NCBI GenBank assembly: GCA_963764715.1
Contig: CAVXTP010000006.1
Location: 96,001-160,000, forward strand
DNA from: an uncultured Acidobacteriota bacterium
GTDB taxonomy: Bacteria > Acidobacteriota > Thermoanaerobaculia > UBA5066 > Gp7-AA6
DNA: 64,000 nt
Direction: 5' to 3'
Part shown: piece after piece, positions 32,098 through 42,846 of the stretch
Layout of the letters: the number at the start of each line of letters is the position of its first letter
How positions within the stretch are numbered: position 1 is the first letter of the stretch
The notes under the pieces: generated by a model
Seen by the model: only the letters and a program-made list of their open reading frames with translations
Told to the model about the DNA's origin: nothing
Databases searched by the model: none
Translations under genes and position numbers: made by a program

Positions 32098-33299
32098 GTT
32101 CGGGTCTCCTCGAAAAGCTGGACGAATTCGCGGACGTGGCGCTCTCCGGTGAAGTCGCGGACGACGCGGTCCCGGGCCGCGCGACCCATGGTGCGTCGAA
32201 GCTCCTCGTCCCGCGCCAGGCGGAGGAGGGCGTCCCCCATGGCGTCCGGGTCCCAGAGAGGCACGATGAGACCCTCCACGCCGTGCGTGACGCCCTCGCG
32301 GGCCCCGCCGCAGTCGGTCATCACGACCGGCAGGCCGCAGCCCATGGCCTCGACGCCCGCATTGGAGAGACCCTCGGTCAGGCTCGGCAGCAGGAAAATG
32401 TCCGAGCGCCGGAGCTCGTCTCTCACTTCGATCGGAGAGCGGCGACCGAGCACCCGGACGTGGTCCTGGAGGCCGAGGTCGTCGATGGCGAAGAGAACTC
32501 TCTGTTTCTCCGGCCCTTCTCCGACGATGGTCAGCAGGATCGGCACCCCGGCGTCGACGACGCGGCGAACCGCCTGGAGCCCGTAGCTCAAACCCTTGGT
32601 CCAGTCGAGCCTTCCGACCGTCACGACGCGGAGGCGGTCGGAGGGCTCCCGTTCGGCCGCCGGGGAGAAGAAGTCGGGATCGACGCCGGCCCGAATGACG
32701 CGCGCCTTGGCGGGATCGAGACCGAACTTCGCCGCCTCCCGCTCGATCGCGCTCGAGACACAGTGGACTCGAAATGCCCGGCCGAAGGTGATGGGCAACC
32801 CCTGCCGGACGTTGCGATGCGGGTGGTAGGGGGCGACGTTGACCTGGGAGCCCCGGCAGCTCACGACGACCGGCTTGCCCAGCTCGAAGAGCGGCATGTG
32901 GTCGATCGCGGCCGAGTTCCACGGAAAGTAGATCACGTCGCAGGACACCCCGGCGTACGGCAGGAGCCGGTTGAGCGTCCGCAGCCGCTCGGTGGTCGAC
33001 CGTTCTTTCGCCGCGGCCCGCCAGAATGTCCGCACGTCGCGCGGCGACCGCACCAGGGCCCGCAGCAGCAGCCACCCGAGCCACAAGACGCGCAGGACGC
33101 GCGGCCCCTCCCAGGCGCGGGTCTTGAAAGTCCGCAGGTCCGAACGAAGGAACCATTCTTCGTCGGGCCACTTCGTGAAGGCGATCCGGACGTGGAGGCC
33201 CGCGCCCGCGAGCCCGCGCATGAGGCGGCCGAGGAACGTCTGCGGCGGCCAGGCCGTGCCGACGACGAGAATCCGCAGGGGACGCGCCGCCCTAGGCAT
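32082..33299 (-). CDS. Glycosyltransferase family 4 (WcaL-like)
   Basis: SCRGS, VGRLDWTKG, TEGLSNAGVEAMGCGLPVV. Confidence 0.9.
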   Translation of the reverse strand: MPRAARPLRILVVGTAWPPQTFLGRLMRGLAGAGLHVRIAFTKWPDEEWFLRSDLRTFKTRAWEGPRVLRVLWLGWLLLRALVRSPRDVRTFWRAAAKERSTTERLRTLNRLLPYAGVSCDVIYFPWNSAAIDHMPLFELGKPVVVSCRGSQVNVAPYHPHRNVRQGLPITFGRAFRVHCVSSAIEREAAKFGLDPAKARVIRAGVDPDFFSPAAEREPSDRLRVVTVGRLDWTKGLSYGLQAVRRVVDAGVPILLTIVGEGPEKQRVLFAIDDLGLQDHVRVLGRRSPIEVRDELRRSDIFLLPSLTEGLSNAGVEAMGCGLPVVMTDCGGAREGVTHGVEGLIVPLWDPDAMGDALLRLARDEELRRTMGRAARDRVVRDFTGERHVREFVQLFEETRTCPAA

Positions 33300-35118
33300 T
33301 GGCCTCCAGCCAGCCGGACAGCGTCAGGAGCATCGAGACCGTGTACCCGCGGCCCTCCTCCAGAGGCGACCTGGAAAAGTCCTCGAGCAGCGCTTCGATC
33401 CGGCGGGGCTCCACGAGCTCGTGGAGGCGGGCCCCTTTCGCGAGCAACGCCTCGCGCAGCCGCTGGCTTCCGGGTCCCGAGAACTGGATTTCCCAGTTGC
33501 GCTCGGCCGATGGCGGCCTTCCCCGGAGAAGACGGACGGCCTTTCTCGCCGCGCGCCATGGAAGCAGCCAGGTGTGAAAGTGGCGCTGCCAGTAGAGATC
33601 CGTGCCGTACGCCTGCCACGTGATCCGCGCGAGGTCCGGCGCGAAGCGCTTCAAGTAGTCGATCTGGAGACGCCGTCCCCGGACGTGCTCCGTCGGGACG
33701 GTGGCGAAAAAGTCCCCCATCCTCGTGTCGTAGAACGGGAGCTTCGGAAACGCGCCGGCCTGGTACATGCGAAGGCTCGCGAGCGTCCAACGGAACGACC
33801 ATTGCTCGGTCTTGAAGGCCTTCACGCGAAAATCCGGATCGGCGATCCCGCCGAGGGGCTCGAGCTCGCGCTCGACGAATCCTCGCGCGATCTTCCCCGG
33901 GTCTTCGCCCGCGACGTGCGGAGCCACGACCTCACGGAGGAGCCAGTCCCGGCCCCGCTTGGCGACCTTCTTGAAGGCGTGTGCGGCGACGGCGGGCGGA
34001 TCGGTGTCCGCGTTCGAAACTCCCATGTCGTCGAGCCAGACGTCGCCCCAGTGCGCCGCGATCACCGCGTCCGCGCGCCCGGCCAGCAAGTGCGTGACCG
34101 CGGCCTGGCGGGCCTGCGTGACGTCCTGGAACCCCTCGACGCAGCCGAGGACCGCCGGCAGGCGATCGAAGAGATAGCGCCCGATCACGAGCGTCTCGAT
34201 CGGGACGGCCCGCGCCTCCGCAACCCGCCGGGCGATCCGGGTCTCGTCGGAATCCGCGGAATAGCCGTAGGAATAGGACCACAGCCGCTCGCGACCGGCG
34301 GCCCCGTCGCGCGTCAGCGCGGCGAGAGTCGAGCGCGAATCGAGGCCGCCGGAGATCGGAACGGCGATGCGCCCGGTCGCCGGTCTCGTCGTCGAGCACG
34401 CGATGCAGCACGTCCGCGAACTCCGCGACCGTGTCGGCGTAGGAACGGGCCCGATCCGGCCGGTGGCTCCATTGCCAGTAGCGCTCCTCGCGCGACCGGC
34501 TGGCCCGAGGCCGTGAACACGGCATGGGTCGCGGGGCGAAGCACCCTCACGTCGTCGAAGAAGGTCCGGTCGCCGGGGAAGAATCCGCAGGCCATGAACC
34601 CGGCCAGCGCCGGCCAGTCGAGCCGCCGCCGCGAGGCCGCCGCGGCGACCGACGCGAAGCAGGTTCCGAGCGCCGAGCGGGTCCCGTCGCTCCCGACGTA
34701 CGCGTGGATGGTGCCGAAGCGGTCGGTCCAGACGTGCCACTGCCTCCTCGGATCGGTCCCAGGCCAGGAGCAGAAGGTGACCGTTCAGCGCGTCGGCGGA
34801 TCGGCGGCCGTCGGCGACGTCGCCGACCAGCGTTGCCGGGTCCTCGCCGGAAGGCGCGATCAGGTCGCCGAGAAGCCAGAACTCCCAGGACCCCGACGAC
34901 ATCGTCCGGAGGGGGAAGCCCTTCCAGCTCGCTCCGGCCGGAGAGAGCCACACTCCGCCCGACCCCTTCCAGTCGCCCCCGTCGGGAAAGCGCCGCGGCG
35001 ACTTCGCGGCGTCCCCGCCGAAGGTCACGAGGAGGTCGCCGCACGCGCCCGCCTGCTCGGGCCTCGAGCGATCCATGGCGTCCGGCCGCTCGGCGGTCGC
35101 CGACACGCGCTCGCTCAT
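33292..35118 (-). CDS. Asparagine synthase-related amidoligase; frameshifts near 34740, 34490 and 34380
   Basis: LNGH in an Ntn-like region, PP-loop ISGGLDSR, YSYG, LPFYD. Confidence 0.8.
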   Translation of the reverse strand: MSERVSATAERPDAMDRSRPEQAGACGDLLVTFGGDAAKSPRRFPDGGDWKGSGGVWLSPAGASWKGFPLRTMSSGSWEFWLLGDLIAPSGEDPATLVGDVADGRRSADALNGHLLLLAWDRSEEAVARLDRPLRHHPRVRRERRDPLGARNLLRVGRRGGLAAAARLAGAGRVHGLRILPRRPDLLRRREGASPRDPCRVHGLGPAGRARSATGNGATGRIGPVPTPTRSRSSRTCCIACSTTRPATGRIAVPISGGLDSRSTLAALTRDGAAGRERLWSYSYGYSADSDETRIARRVAEARAVPIETLVIGRYLFDRLPAVLGCVEGFQDVTQARQAAVTHLLAGRADAVIAAHWGDVWLDDMGVSNADTDPPAVAAHAFKKVAKRGRDWLLREVVAPHVAGEDPGKIARGFVERELEPLGGIADPDFRVKAFKTEQWSFRWTLASLRMYQAGAFPKLPFYDTRMGDFFATVPTEHVRGRRLQIDYLKRFAPDLARITWQAYGTDLYWQRHFHTWLLPWRAARKAVRLLRGRPPSAERNWEIQFSGPGSQRLREALLAKGARLHELVEPRRIEALLEDFSRSPLEEGRGYTVSMLLTLSGWLEANA

Positions 35119-36251
35119 GCCGCGTTCCGCCTCAATTCCGCTCCGAGGATGTCCGAGTAGATCGCCTCGTACGCCGCGACTTCGCGGTCGATCGTGTAGT
35201 TCGCCAGGACCCGACGCCGGCCCGCCGCCCCGAGAGCGCGCCGCGCCGGGGCATCCTCCGCCAGGCGTCGCAGGGCCGCCCCCAGCGCGGCGGGATCGCG
35301 GGGACGGACGAGGTGGCCGCTCGTCCCGTCTTCGATGACGTCGCGCGAGCCCGGCACGTCGGCCGCAACGCACGGAAGCCCGGAGGACATGGCCTCCAAA
35401 AGCGCCACCGGGCACCCTTCGCCGGTCGGCGTCGGAAGAACGAAGACGTCGACCTCGGAGAGCAGCGCCGGAACGTCCTGGATCTCGCCGAGGAACGAGA
35501 CCCGGTCCGCCACTCCGAGCTCGCCCGCCTGCTTCCTCAGCCCCGCCGCATGGGCCGGGTCGAGCTCCTTGCCGGCGAGCCAGAGATGGGCGCCCGGAAC
35601 GTGGAGGAGAGACTCGATCAGCACCGGATGTCCCTTGATCGGCACGAGCTGCGCGACGCAACCGATCACGGGCGCGCCGGGCGGCGTTCCGAGCCGGGAG
35701 CGCAACCCCAGGCGCGGAGGCGTGCCGGGCTGAAAGCGATCCGTATCCACGCTCGTGGGCACGAGGACGCCCTTGCGCCGGTAGAGCGGGGAGCCGAAGA
35801 AATCCCGGAGCATGTCGGTGTTCTGCGCCGCCACTCGCGTGGCGAGGAGCGACCTCAGCCGCCAGGCCCGGCTGCCCCAACTCATGTTCTTCTTCGTGTA
35901 CATCCAGGACCGCGTTCCGGCGAAGCGCGCCACGATCGGCTCGGTGTAGTCGTCGAGATAGTGAAAGGAGTGCCAGAGCGCGAAGCGCGACCCGCGAAAG
36001 GCCTTCGCCGCGCGCCGCGCCCGGATCCCGAGAGTCGCCAGCGGCCGGGCCGCGACCGTGAACGGCCGGCAGACGCAGCGGATGCCGGACCTCTCGATCT
36101 CGGCCTCGAGCCGCCCCCCGGCCCGCAGGACTGCGATCGTCGGCGCAAACCGCGAGCGATCCAGCCTCGAGACGACGTTCCACATCGCCTGGCCGGAGCC
36201 GGCCGTCACGAAGTTGGGGATGGTGAAGAGGATCGGAACCGGGGTCGCCAC
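35115..36251 (-). CDS. Glycosyltransferase family 4
   Basis: AQLVPIKG, EGCPVALLEAMSSGLPCV. Confidence 0.9.
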   Translation of the reverse strand: MATPVPILFTIPNFVTAGSGQAMWNVVSRLDRSRFAPTIAVLRAGGRLEAEIERSGIRCVCRPFTVAARPLATLGIRARRAAKAFRGSRFALWHSFHYLDDYTEPIVARFAGTRSWMYTKKNMSWGSRAWRLRSLLATRVAAQNTDMLRDFFGSPLYRRKGVLVPTSVDTDRFQPGTPPRLGLRSRLGTPPGAPVIGCVAQLVPIKGHPVLIESLLHVPGAHLWLAGKELDPAHAAGLRKQAGELGVADRVSFLGEIQDVPALLSEVDVFVLPTPTGEGCPVALLEAMSSGLPCVAADVPGSRDVIEDGTSGHLVRPRDPAALGAALRRLAEDAPARRALGAAGRRRVLANYTIDREVAAYEAIYSDILGAELRRNAA

Positions 36252-36259
36252 GTCGTTTC

Positions 36260-37282
36260 CTATGCCCTCGCCGCCGCCACGGCCGGCCGGGCCGCCGGAG
36301 GGGCGGGGTCCTGCCACCAGTGCACGCGCACGAAGCGGCGCAGGGACTGCGGCGCGGAAAGGCGCGGCAGGAGGTATCGGTTCGTCGACCGGTCGATCGG
36401 GGTGACCTCGGTCGTGAACGCGGCGGCGTAGCCCGCGCGCGCCGCCTCCTCGGGCGACTCGGCAACGAAGTTTCCGTTGGGGTACGCGAACGCGCGGCAC
36501 GGGCGGGAAAGCCGCGTCTCGATCTCGCGGCGGGACTCGCAGAGCTCCCGCAGTCGTTCCGCGCCGGGCTGTTCGGCGTGGTGGGCGTCGTGATGCACGC
36601 CGTGGCTTCCGATGGCGACGCCGGCGTCCGCCAGCTGCCCGAGCTCCTTCCACGTGAGCATCCGGAGCGCGGGGAACCGGGCCAGGAGCCTCGACGATTC
36701 TCCGGCCGGGAACTGGGCGCGGATCGATTCCATCGCCGCGTTCTTCACGTTCGCGGGCAACGCCTTCAGCCCGGGACGCACCACGCGGAAGACGCGCTCG
36801 CGCTCTTCGCGCGTCGAGAGGGGCCAGGACGCCCCCAGCGCCTCGATGCGGCGGGCGTCCCCGTAGAGCGCCAGCATCGAGAACTCGTCGAGCCAGAGGG
36901 CCCGGTTCTCGCCGAGCTCCCCAACCGACGCGAAGAGGGTCCAGGGCAGGCGGCGCCGATCCATCAATTCCGCGACCCGGAGGTTGTTGGCGAAGCCGTC
37001 GTCGAACGTGACCAGGGCCGCCGACTCGGGCAACGAGTCCGGCCGGTCGAGCCCGTCGAGAAACTCCTCGAGGCCGAGCAGGCGACATCGGCGAAGGTAG
37101 TTCATCTGGTCGGTGAAGACCTGCCAGCCGTGATGGTTGCGCTCGAGGAGCGGGTCCCGGCGCCGTTCGATGACTCCGTGGTAGCGGAAGATGCGGATGC
37201 CGCGGCGGCGGACCGCGCCCCGGAGCAGGCCCCCGAAGTAGCCGCGCCCCGCGTCGAGCCAGGCATCCACTCTATGGAACAC
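36260..37282 (-). CDS. Polysaccharide deacetylase (NodB/CE4)
   Basis: YHGV, LVTFDDG, IGSHGVHH, FAYPNG, LPR. Confidence 0.88.
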   Translation of the reverse strand: MFHRVDAWLDAGRGYFGGLLRGAVRRRGIRIFRYHGVIERRRDPLLERNHHGWQVFTDQMNYLRRCRLLGLEEFLDGLDRPDSLPESAALVTFDDGFANNLRVAELMDRRRLPWTLFASVGELGENRALWLDEFSMLALYGDARRIEALGASWPLSTREERERVFRVVRPGLKALPANVKNAAMESIRAQFPAGESSRLLARFPALRMLTWKELGQLADAGVAIGSHGVHHDAHHAEQPGAERLRELCESRREIETRLSRPCRAFAYPNGNFVAESPEEAARAGYAAAFTTEVTPIDRSTNRYLLPRLSAPQSLRRFVRVHWWQDPAPPAARPAVAAARA

Positions 37283-38628
37283 GGTCCCCTCGCCGGGAGC
37301 GCCGGCTCGGGCAGCGTCGCCGGGGACGAAATGCTCCGCGTCGACCATCCGAGCATCGGCCGGACCGCGCCGCGAAAATCGCCGCCCCAGTCCCCGCGCG
37401 CCGAGTCTCCGTCCATGCTGTCGACCACGTGGAACGCGACGGCCTGCCGCTCTTCGAAGTGACGAGTCAACGGGTGCGTCGTCAGCAGCTCCACGTTGAC
37501 GATGACCGTGCCCTCGGTCAGAAGGTTCCCGGGGACCCATGCCGTGGTGGCATACCGGCCGGGCGGCCGGACCTTGCCCCGCCACTCCGGGTCGGTTTCG
37601 AGGGAGCCGAAGAGCAGCAGCCCTTCCTCGTTGTAGAAGTCGTAGCTCGCCGAGAGGGTCCAGCCGTCCTCGAGGACGTCGAATTCCATCTCGATGCCGA
37701 CGGGCTTCCGGATGTCGACCGCGTCGGTGACCTCGCCTCCGGACGCGCGCACGCGCACCGAGCGCAGGCGCGCCGCCCGGCTCGCCGGCGCCGTTCCGGG
37801 GTCCCGCCACTCCCGCTCCGCCGTCGTGCCGATGTCCGACGAGAGATAGCGGCCAACGACCTGGTGGGACGGCCCGTCGGCCGCCACGCCTCCCGCGTCG
37901 AGCATGATCGTCCGGCTGCAGAGGCGCGCGATCGCCGGCATGTTGTGCGACACGAACAGGACGGTCCGGCCCCGGCGGCCGACGTCCTCCATCTTCTCGA
38001 GACACTTGCGCTGAAACTTCGCGTCGCCGACCGCCAGCACCTCGTCGACCAGCATGATCTCCGGGTCGAGATGAGCGGCGACGCTGAAGGCCAGCCGCAG
38101 GTACATCCCCGACGAGTAGTGCTTGACGGGCGTGTCCACGAACTTCTCCACGCCGGCGAAGGCCACGATCTCGTCGAACTTGTCCTCGATCTCGCGGCGC
38201 CGCATCCCGAGGATGGCTCCGTTCAGGTAGATGTTCTCGCCGCCCGTCAGCTCCTGGTGGAAGCCGGTGCCGACCTCGAGAAGCGACCCGACCCGCCCGC
38301 GGATCTCGGCCGAGCCGGCCGACGGCTCCGTGATCCTCGAGAGGATCTTCAACAGGGTGCTCTTCCCGGCGCCGTTGCGGCCGATGATGCCGACGACCTC
38401 CCCGCGAGCCACCCGGAACGAGACGTTCCGCAACGCCCAGATCGTCTCGCCCGGCCGCCGGGCGGGACCGCGGCCGGCGAGGCGCCGCACGGCGCGAACC
38501 GGGGCCGCCGCGGCGTCCGAGAGGACCTCGCGGAGCGACTTGTACCGGGCGTGCCGCTCGCCGATCCGGTACTGCTTTCCGAGCCCTTCGACCCGGATCG
38601 CGTCCCCGGCGTCAAACGACGTCGGCAA
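37102..38628 (-). CDS. wzt: Polysaccharide ABC transporter ATP-binding subunit with Wzt C-terminal domain (copy 1); 3' end uncertain
   Basis: GRNGAGKSTLLK, YSSGM, LVDEVLAVGD, VSH, and a C-terminal Ig-like domain. Confidence 0.92.
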   Translation of the reverse strand: MPTSFDAGDAIRVEGLGKQYRIGERHARYKSLREVLSDAAAAPVRAVRRLAGRGPARRPGETIWALRNVSFRVARGEVVGIIGRNGAGKSTLLKILSRITEPSAGSAEIRGRVGSLLEVGTGFHQELTGGENIYLNGAILGMRRREIEDKFDEIVAFAGVEKFVDTPVKHYSSGMYLRLAFSVAAHLDPEIMLVDEVLAVGDAKFQRKCLEKMEDVGRRGRTVLFVSHNMPAIARLCSRTIMLDAGGVAADGPSHQVVGRYLSSDIGTTAEREWRDPGTAPASRAARLRSVRVRASGGEVTDAVDIRKPVGIEMEFDVLEDGWTLSASYDFYNEEGLLLFGSLETDPEWRGKVRPPGRYATTAWVPGNLLTEGTVIVNVELLTTHPLTRHFEERQAVAFHVVDSMDGDSARGDWGGDFRGAVRPMLGWSTRSISSPATLPEPALPARGPCSIEWMPGSTRGAATSGACSGARSAAAASASSATTESSNGAGTRSSSATITAGRSSPTR

Positions 38629-39460
38629 ACGTCTTCTCCATGCGGCGGAAATAGAATGCCCCGCCGACGAGCAGCACCAGGGCCGCCCCCGCCGAAACGG
38701 CGATCATGGGTCCGGGTGCGGTCTTCGTGTCGAGAAGGGCCCACCGAAATCCCTCGACGACGCCGACCATCGGGTTCAACCCGTACACCGTCCGCCAGGG
38801 CTCGGACAGGAGGCTGCTCGGGTAAACGATCGGCGTCGCGAACATCCAGAACTGCGTCAGGAAGGGGATCGTGTACTTGACGTCGCGGTACTCGACGTTC
38901 AGGACCGAGAGCCAGAGCCCGACGGCGAGGGCGGTCACCAGGGCGAGCAGCAGGAAGAACGGGAGCCAGAGGATCCGCGCCGTCGGGGTGACGCCGTACC
39001 AGAACATCAGTCCCAGGAGAACGACGAACGCGAGAGCGAAGTCCACCAGTCCCGAGAGGACGTTGGCGATGGGAATCGTCAGGCGCGGGAAGTAGACCTT
39101 CTTGATGAGGTTCGCGCTGTCGACCAGGCTGTTGGCCGACTGGGAAAGCCCGCTCGCGAAGAACGTCCAGGGCACCAGCGCCGCGTACGCGAAGATCGGA
39201 TACGGGATCCCGTCGGACGGCATCTTCGCGAGCTTCCCGAAGAAGAGGCTGAAGACGACCATCGAAAAGAAGGGCTGGATGATGGCCCAGGCCGCACCGA
39301 GCGCGGTCTGCTTGTAGCGGACCTTGATGTCCCGCCACACCAGGAAGTAGAGAAGCTCCCGATACGCCCACAGGTCCCCCAGCCTCAGCGCGATCCAGCC
39401 CCGGCTCGGCCGGATCACGATCGTCGGAATTTCGAGTTTCTCTTCGGCCACAGAGCTCAT
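38612..39460 (-). CDS. wzm: Polysaccharide ABC transporter permease
   Basis: YRELLYFLVWRDIKVRYKQT, KKVYFPR, YRDV, TPIVYP, LNPM. Confidence 0.95.
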   Translation of the reverse strand: MSSVAEEKLEIPTIVIRPSRGWIALRLGDLWAYRELLYFLVWRDIKVRYKQTALGAAWAIIQPFFSMVVFSLFFGKLAKMPSDGIPYPIFAYAALVPWTFFASGLSQSANSLVDSANLIKKVYFPRLTIPIANVLSGLVDFALAFVVLLGLMFWYGVTPTARILWLPFFLLLALVTALAVGLWLSVLNVEYRDVKYTIPFLTQFWMFATPIVYPSSLLSEPWRTVYGLNPMVGVVEGFRWALLDTKTAPGPMIAVSAGAALVLLVGGAFYFRRMEKTFADVV

Positions 39461-40723
39461 CGTTCGTTCACCTTTCGCTGGGTTTTTGCGCCGGGAGCAC
39501 CGACGCTCAGAAGACGTTCGTAAATCGAGGCGAACTGCTCGGCCATGCGATCGATCGAGAATCGTTCGGCGATCCGAGGCCCCCGCGCCGCGAACGACGC
39601 CCGGACTTCCGGCGGACAGCATCTTCCGCATCGCGTCCGCGAGCGCCTCCTCGGACTCGGACGGCACCACGAGCGCGCCATCGCTCGCCGACCATCTCCG
39701 GAACGCCCCCCACCGGCGTCGCGATGGACGGAAGCCTCGCCGCGAGCGCCTCGACGAGCGCGATCGGAAAACCCTCGAAGCGGGAAGAGAGCACGAACAC
39801 GTCGAGTTCCCGGAGGAACGCGGGCACATTCTCGAGAAACCCCACGAGGTGAAACCGGTCCTTCGAGCCCCGCGCGGGCGATCTCGCCGAGAAGCTCCCG
39901 TTTCAGCGGCCCGCCGCCCGCGATGACGAAGTGGGCGTCCGCGCCCTCCCGAACGATCCGGCCCGCAGCCCGCACGAAGACCTCGTACGCCTTCTCCGAT
40001 ACCAGACGCCCGCTCGCGCCGAAGACGATCGCCTCCGCAGGGATTTTCCATTCCTCGCGCCGCCGAGGATCCCTGGCCGGCGAAGACCGGAACGCGGACA
40101 GGTCGACGCCGCCTCGGGTGACCTCGATCCCGTCCGGGTGAGCCAACCCGCGTTGCCGAAAGTCGCGGGCCAGATCTTCAGCGACCGCCGTAATCGCGCC
40201 GGCCCCGGTCATCAGTCGAGTCGCACGGCGCCAGCGCTCGAGCTCTCGGCCCTCCGGTCGATACTGCCCGTGAATCGTCCAGACCATCGGGAGCCGGGCC
40301 CGGCGAATCGCACCTTCTGCCTGCAGGTCGATTCGGTGCGTCACGTGGGTGTGGACGAGATCGACTCGGCGGCGGGCGAGCTCGCGCGCGAAACGAAACG
40401 GAAATGCCCACACGAGATTCTGACGAAGCCAGCGCGAGACTCGGTAGGACCCGACGTCGAGCGTCGAAGGCCACGGCACTCCGCAAAATCCGACCGGAAG
40501 GCCCGCGTCCAGGAAACGCTGTTTCAGGTCGCCCGTGGCGCCGAAGAGGCAAAGCACGCTGTGGCGGTAGGCTCGGCCCGCCCTCGAGGCCGCGAGACCG
40601 AGAACGAGCCTCTGCACTCCCCCGGCGCCGAGGGTCCCGACGACGTGGAGGACGTGCGGAAGCGCGCCGCCTCCGGGCGGCGGCCCAACCGTCGGTGTCG
40701 GGAGGACGATCGAGCCGCTTCAC
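39457..40723 (-). CDS. Glycosyltransferase family 4; several frameshifts
   Basis: VLHVVGTLGAGGVQR, WTIHG, GRLVSEK, FEGFPIALVEALAA. Confidence 0.85.
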
Positions 40724-41728
40724 GCCGCCCATCTTTCGGCAAGGCCCGCGAGGCCCGTCGAAACGACGTCGTACCGGTCGCGCAGATGCGCGAACAGGCC
40801 AGCGAGGCTGTCCACGAGCCCCTGCACGTCGGCCGGCGTTCGAGCATAGGGGCTCGCGCCGGGAATGACTTCGACGCTGTGGAACATCACGTTGACGACG
40901 GCCGGGGAGAGGGGATCCCAGCCCTGGATGACCACGTCCGCCCAGGACGCGAGTTCCGCCGGGGTGCCGCGCAGCGGCCGGACCCACATCTTTTCGCGGG
41001 CACCGGACACGAGCGCTCGCACCAGCCTCGACTTGACGGCGCGGTCGGAGAGCCGCCGCAAGAGCAGGCCCGGAAACTTCGCGAGGGCCGGCGACAGTAT
41101 CGTGACAGGGACCTCGAGCAGCCGGAGCGACCCGGCCTTTCGCGGGTCTCGACTTCGACGGATGGTAGGGACGGAGCGGCGCCCCCCAGTAGTTGCAGGA
41201 CAGGCCTCCGGCGTATTCGTTGGTGCGGAAAGGAGTCACGGTGGAGTCCACCTGGTAGCCGAGGTCCTCCAGAAACCCGAGGGTATGCCGACTCAGCGCA
41301 AACCGGCCTCCCCGAAAGCTCTTCGGCACGAATCCCAGCTGCTCCTCGAAGAGCAAAGTCAGGTTCCGCAACTTCTCTCGCTCAACGTCCGGCGCATAGG
41401 CAAGCTGGGGAGCCGACGTGACGGGTGCGTCGGGGTCGGCCTGGGGCTCGATGAACTCGCCATGCAGATGGGTCCCCAGTTCGCACGCCCGCAAGCCTCG
41501 AAGGACGGCGACGCTCGAAGGGTCGCGCAGGATCTCGGGGCTCAGCAGATAGGTCGGAACGATCCCGTGCTCGGCAAAGAGCGGCTGAAGCACCGACGGA
41601 ATGCCTTCCGTCACCGATCGGAATCTGAGTGGGTGCTGGGTCTCCCAATTCGGTCCCTTGTCGCACTCGGTGTCGATACTGACGGTCACGAGGACCTCGC
41701 GACGGCCTTCCTGGCTCGAGACCGTCAT
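40720..41728 (-). CDS. Polysaccharide deacetylase-like protein (WalW-like); frameshift near 41150
   Basis: VSIDTECD, ELGTHLH, SFRGGRF, VDST, MFHSVE. Confidence 0.75.
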
Positions 41729-42846
41729 GCTCGCATCATGGCGGCCCGAAGGGCGACGCGAAGGGCGACGCGAGCTTCGCCGGGATTGGAGATAACGGCG
41801 GGGTTCATCGCAATGGCATTCCGCACGAGCGCGCGAGCCATCTGCCGACCGACGCTTCTCGCCGAGCCGTCGTGAGTCGAACTGTCCGCGAGGAGCTTCT
41901 CGCTCCGCCGCAGAAGCGCTCTACCCATCCACCGGAAAGCCCACCGCCGAAAGTCCGGAATTGCTGACTCCGGCCCAATCTTGGCCCGGAAACCTTCGAA
42001 AACGTGGTCGGCGGTTGCCCGAAGCTCCCGAAACTCGAGAGACACCGCATGAGACAGAACCAACGTGCGATTCCCGCAGAAGGCCTGCAGGGCATCGAGC
42101 CGGGCCTCCGGAATCGACGAGTTCGTAACCCATCGCAGATTCTGCAGGCTGACGCGTCGGGCCGCGCGACCCATGTCCGAGCCATGACGCTCCGTAATAC
42201 TTTCGGGGGGCCGCCGACGAATGACGAGGACGGCTCCCACGCTCGCGACCTTGCTCGATCTCGAGACTCGCGCCCAGAGAGCAAAATCCTCGGCAAACAC
42301 GTCGGCCTCTCCATAGCCCCCCAGTACCTGGATCGCCTCGCGGCGGAACAGAATCGAGGAGTGCGTCAGGGGGCAATAGAAGAGCAGGGTCCACGCGAGA
42401 CGTAACGGGTCGGTCTCGACCGTTCGGCGGGAGCGAGCGCCCCCCTCGACCGGTTCAAAGAAAGTGTCCGAGCCCACGACCGCGACATCCGGCCTCGACC
42501 TCAGGAAATCAACCTGAGTCTGAAGGCGTTGAGGGAAGGAGAAATCATCGGCATCCTGCCGTGCGACGAACTCGCCTCGGGCGGCCGCGAGACCGGTGTT
42601 CAACGCCGCGATGAGACCGCGGTTGCTCTCGTGCTTCAGCCGGACGATGCGCGGGTCGTCATACTCGTCGAGGACTCGAGAGGTTCCATCCGTCGAGCCG
42701 TCGTCGACGATGACGAATTCGAAGTCACGAAAGGTCTGCGCAAGGATCCCCTCGACCGCCTGGCGGACGTGGGCCTGCCCGTTGTAAACCGCCATCAACA
42801 CGGTCACGAGCGGCGGCGCGGGTCCGACGGGAGAGCCGGTACTCAT
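41725..42846 (-). CDS. Glycosyltransferase family 2
   Basis: VLMAVYNG, VDDGSTD, ARQDADD, AEDFALW. Confidence 0.93.
   Translation of the reverse strand: MSTGSPVGPAPPLVTVLMAVYNGQAHVRQAVEGILAQTFRDFEFVIVDDGSTDGTSRVLDEYDDPRIVRLKHESNRGLIAALNTGLAAARGEFVARQDADDFSFPQRLQTQVDFLRSRPDVAVVGSDTFFEPVEGGARSRRTVETDPLRLAWTLLFYCPLTHSSILFRREAIQVLGGYGEADVFAEDFALWARVSRSSKVASVGAVLVIRRRPPESITERHGSDMGRAARRVSLQNLRWVTNSSIPEARLDALQAFCGNRTLVLSHAVSLEFRELRATADHVFEGFRAKIGPESAIPDFRRWAFRWMGRALLRRSEKLLADSSTHDGSARSVGRQMARALVRNAIAMNPAVISNPGEARVALRVALRAAMMRA

Noticed and set aside
17953-36465. Apparent giant fusion ORFs (20573-23245, 25389-28193, 29686-33171, 33292-36465, 17953-20376)
   Set aside because: These are artefacts of frameshifts and stop-poor frames linking separate, translationally coupled genes.
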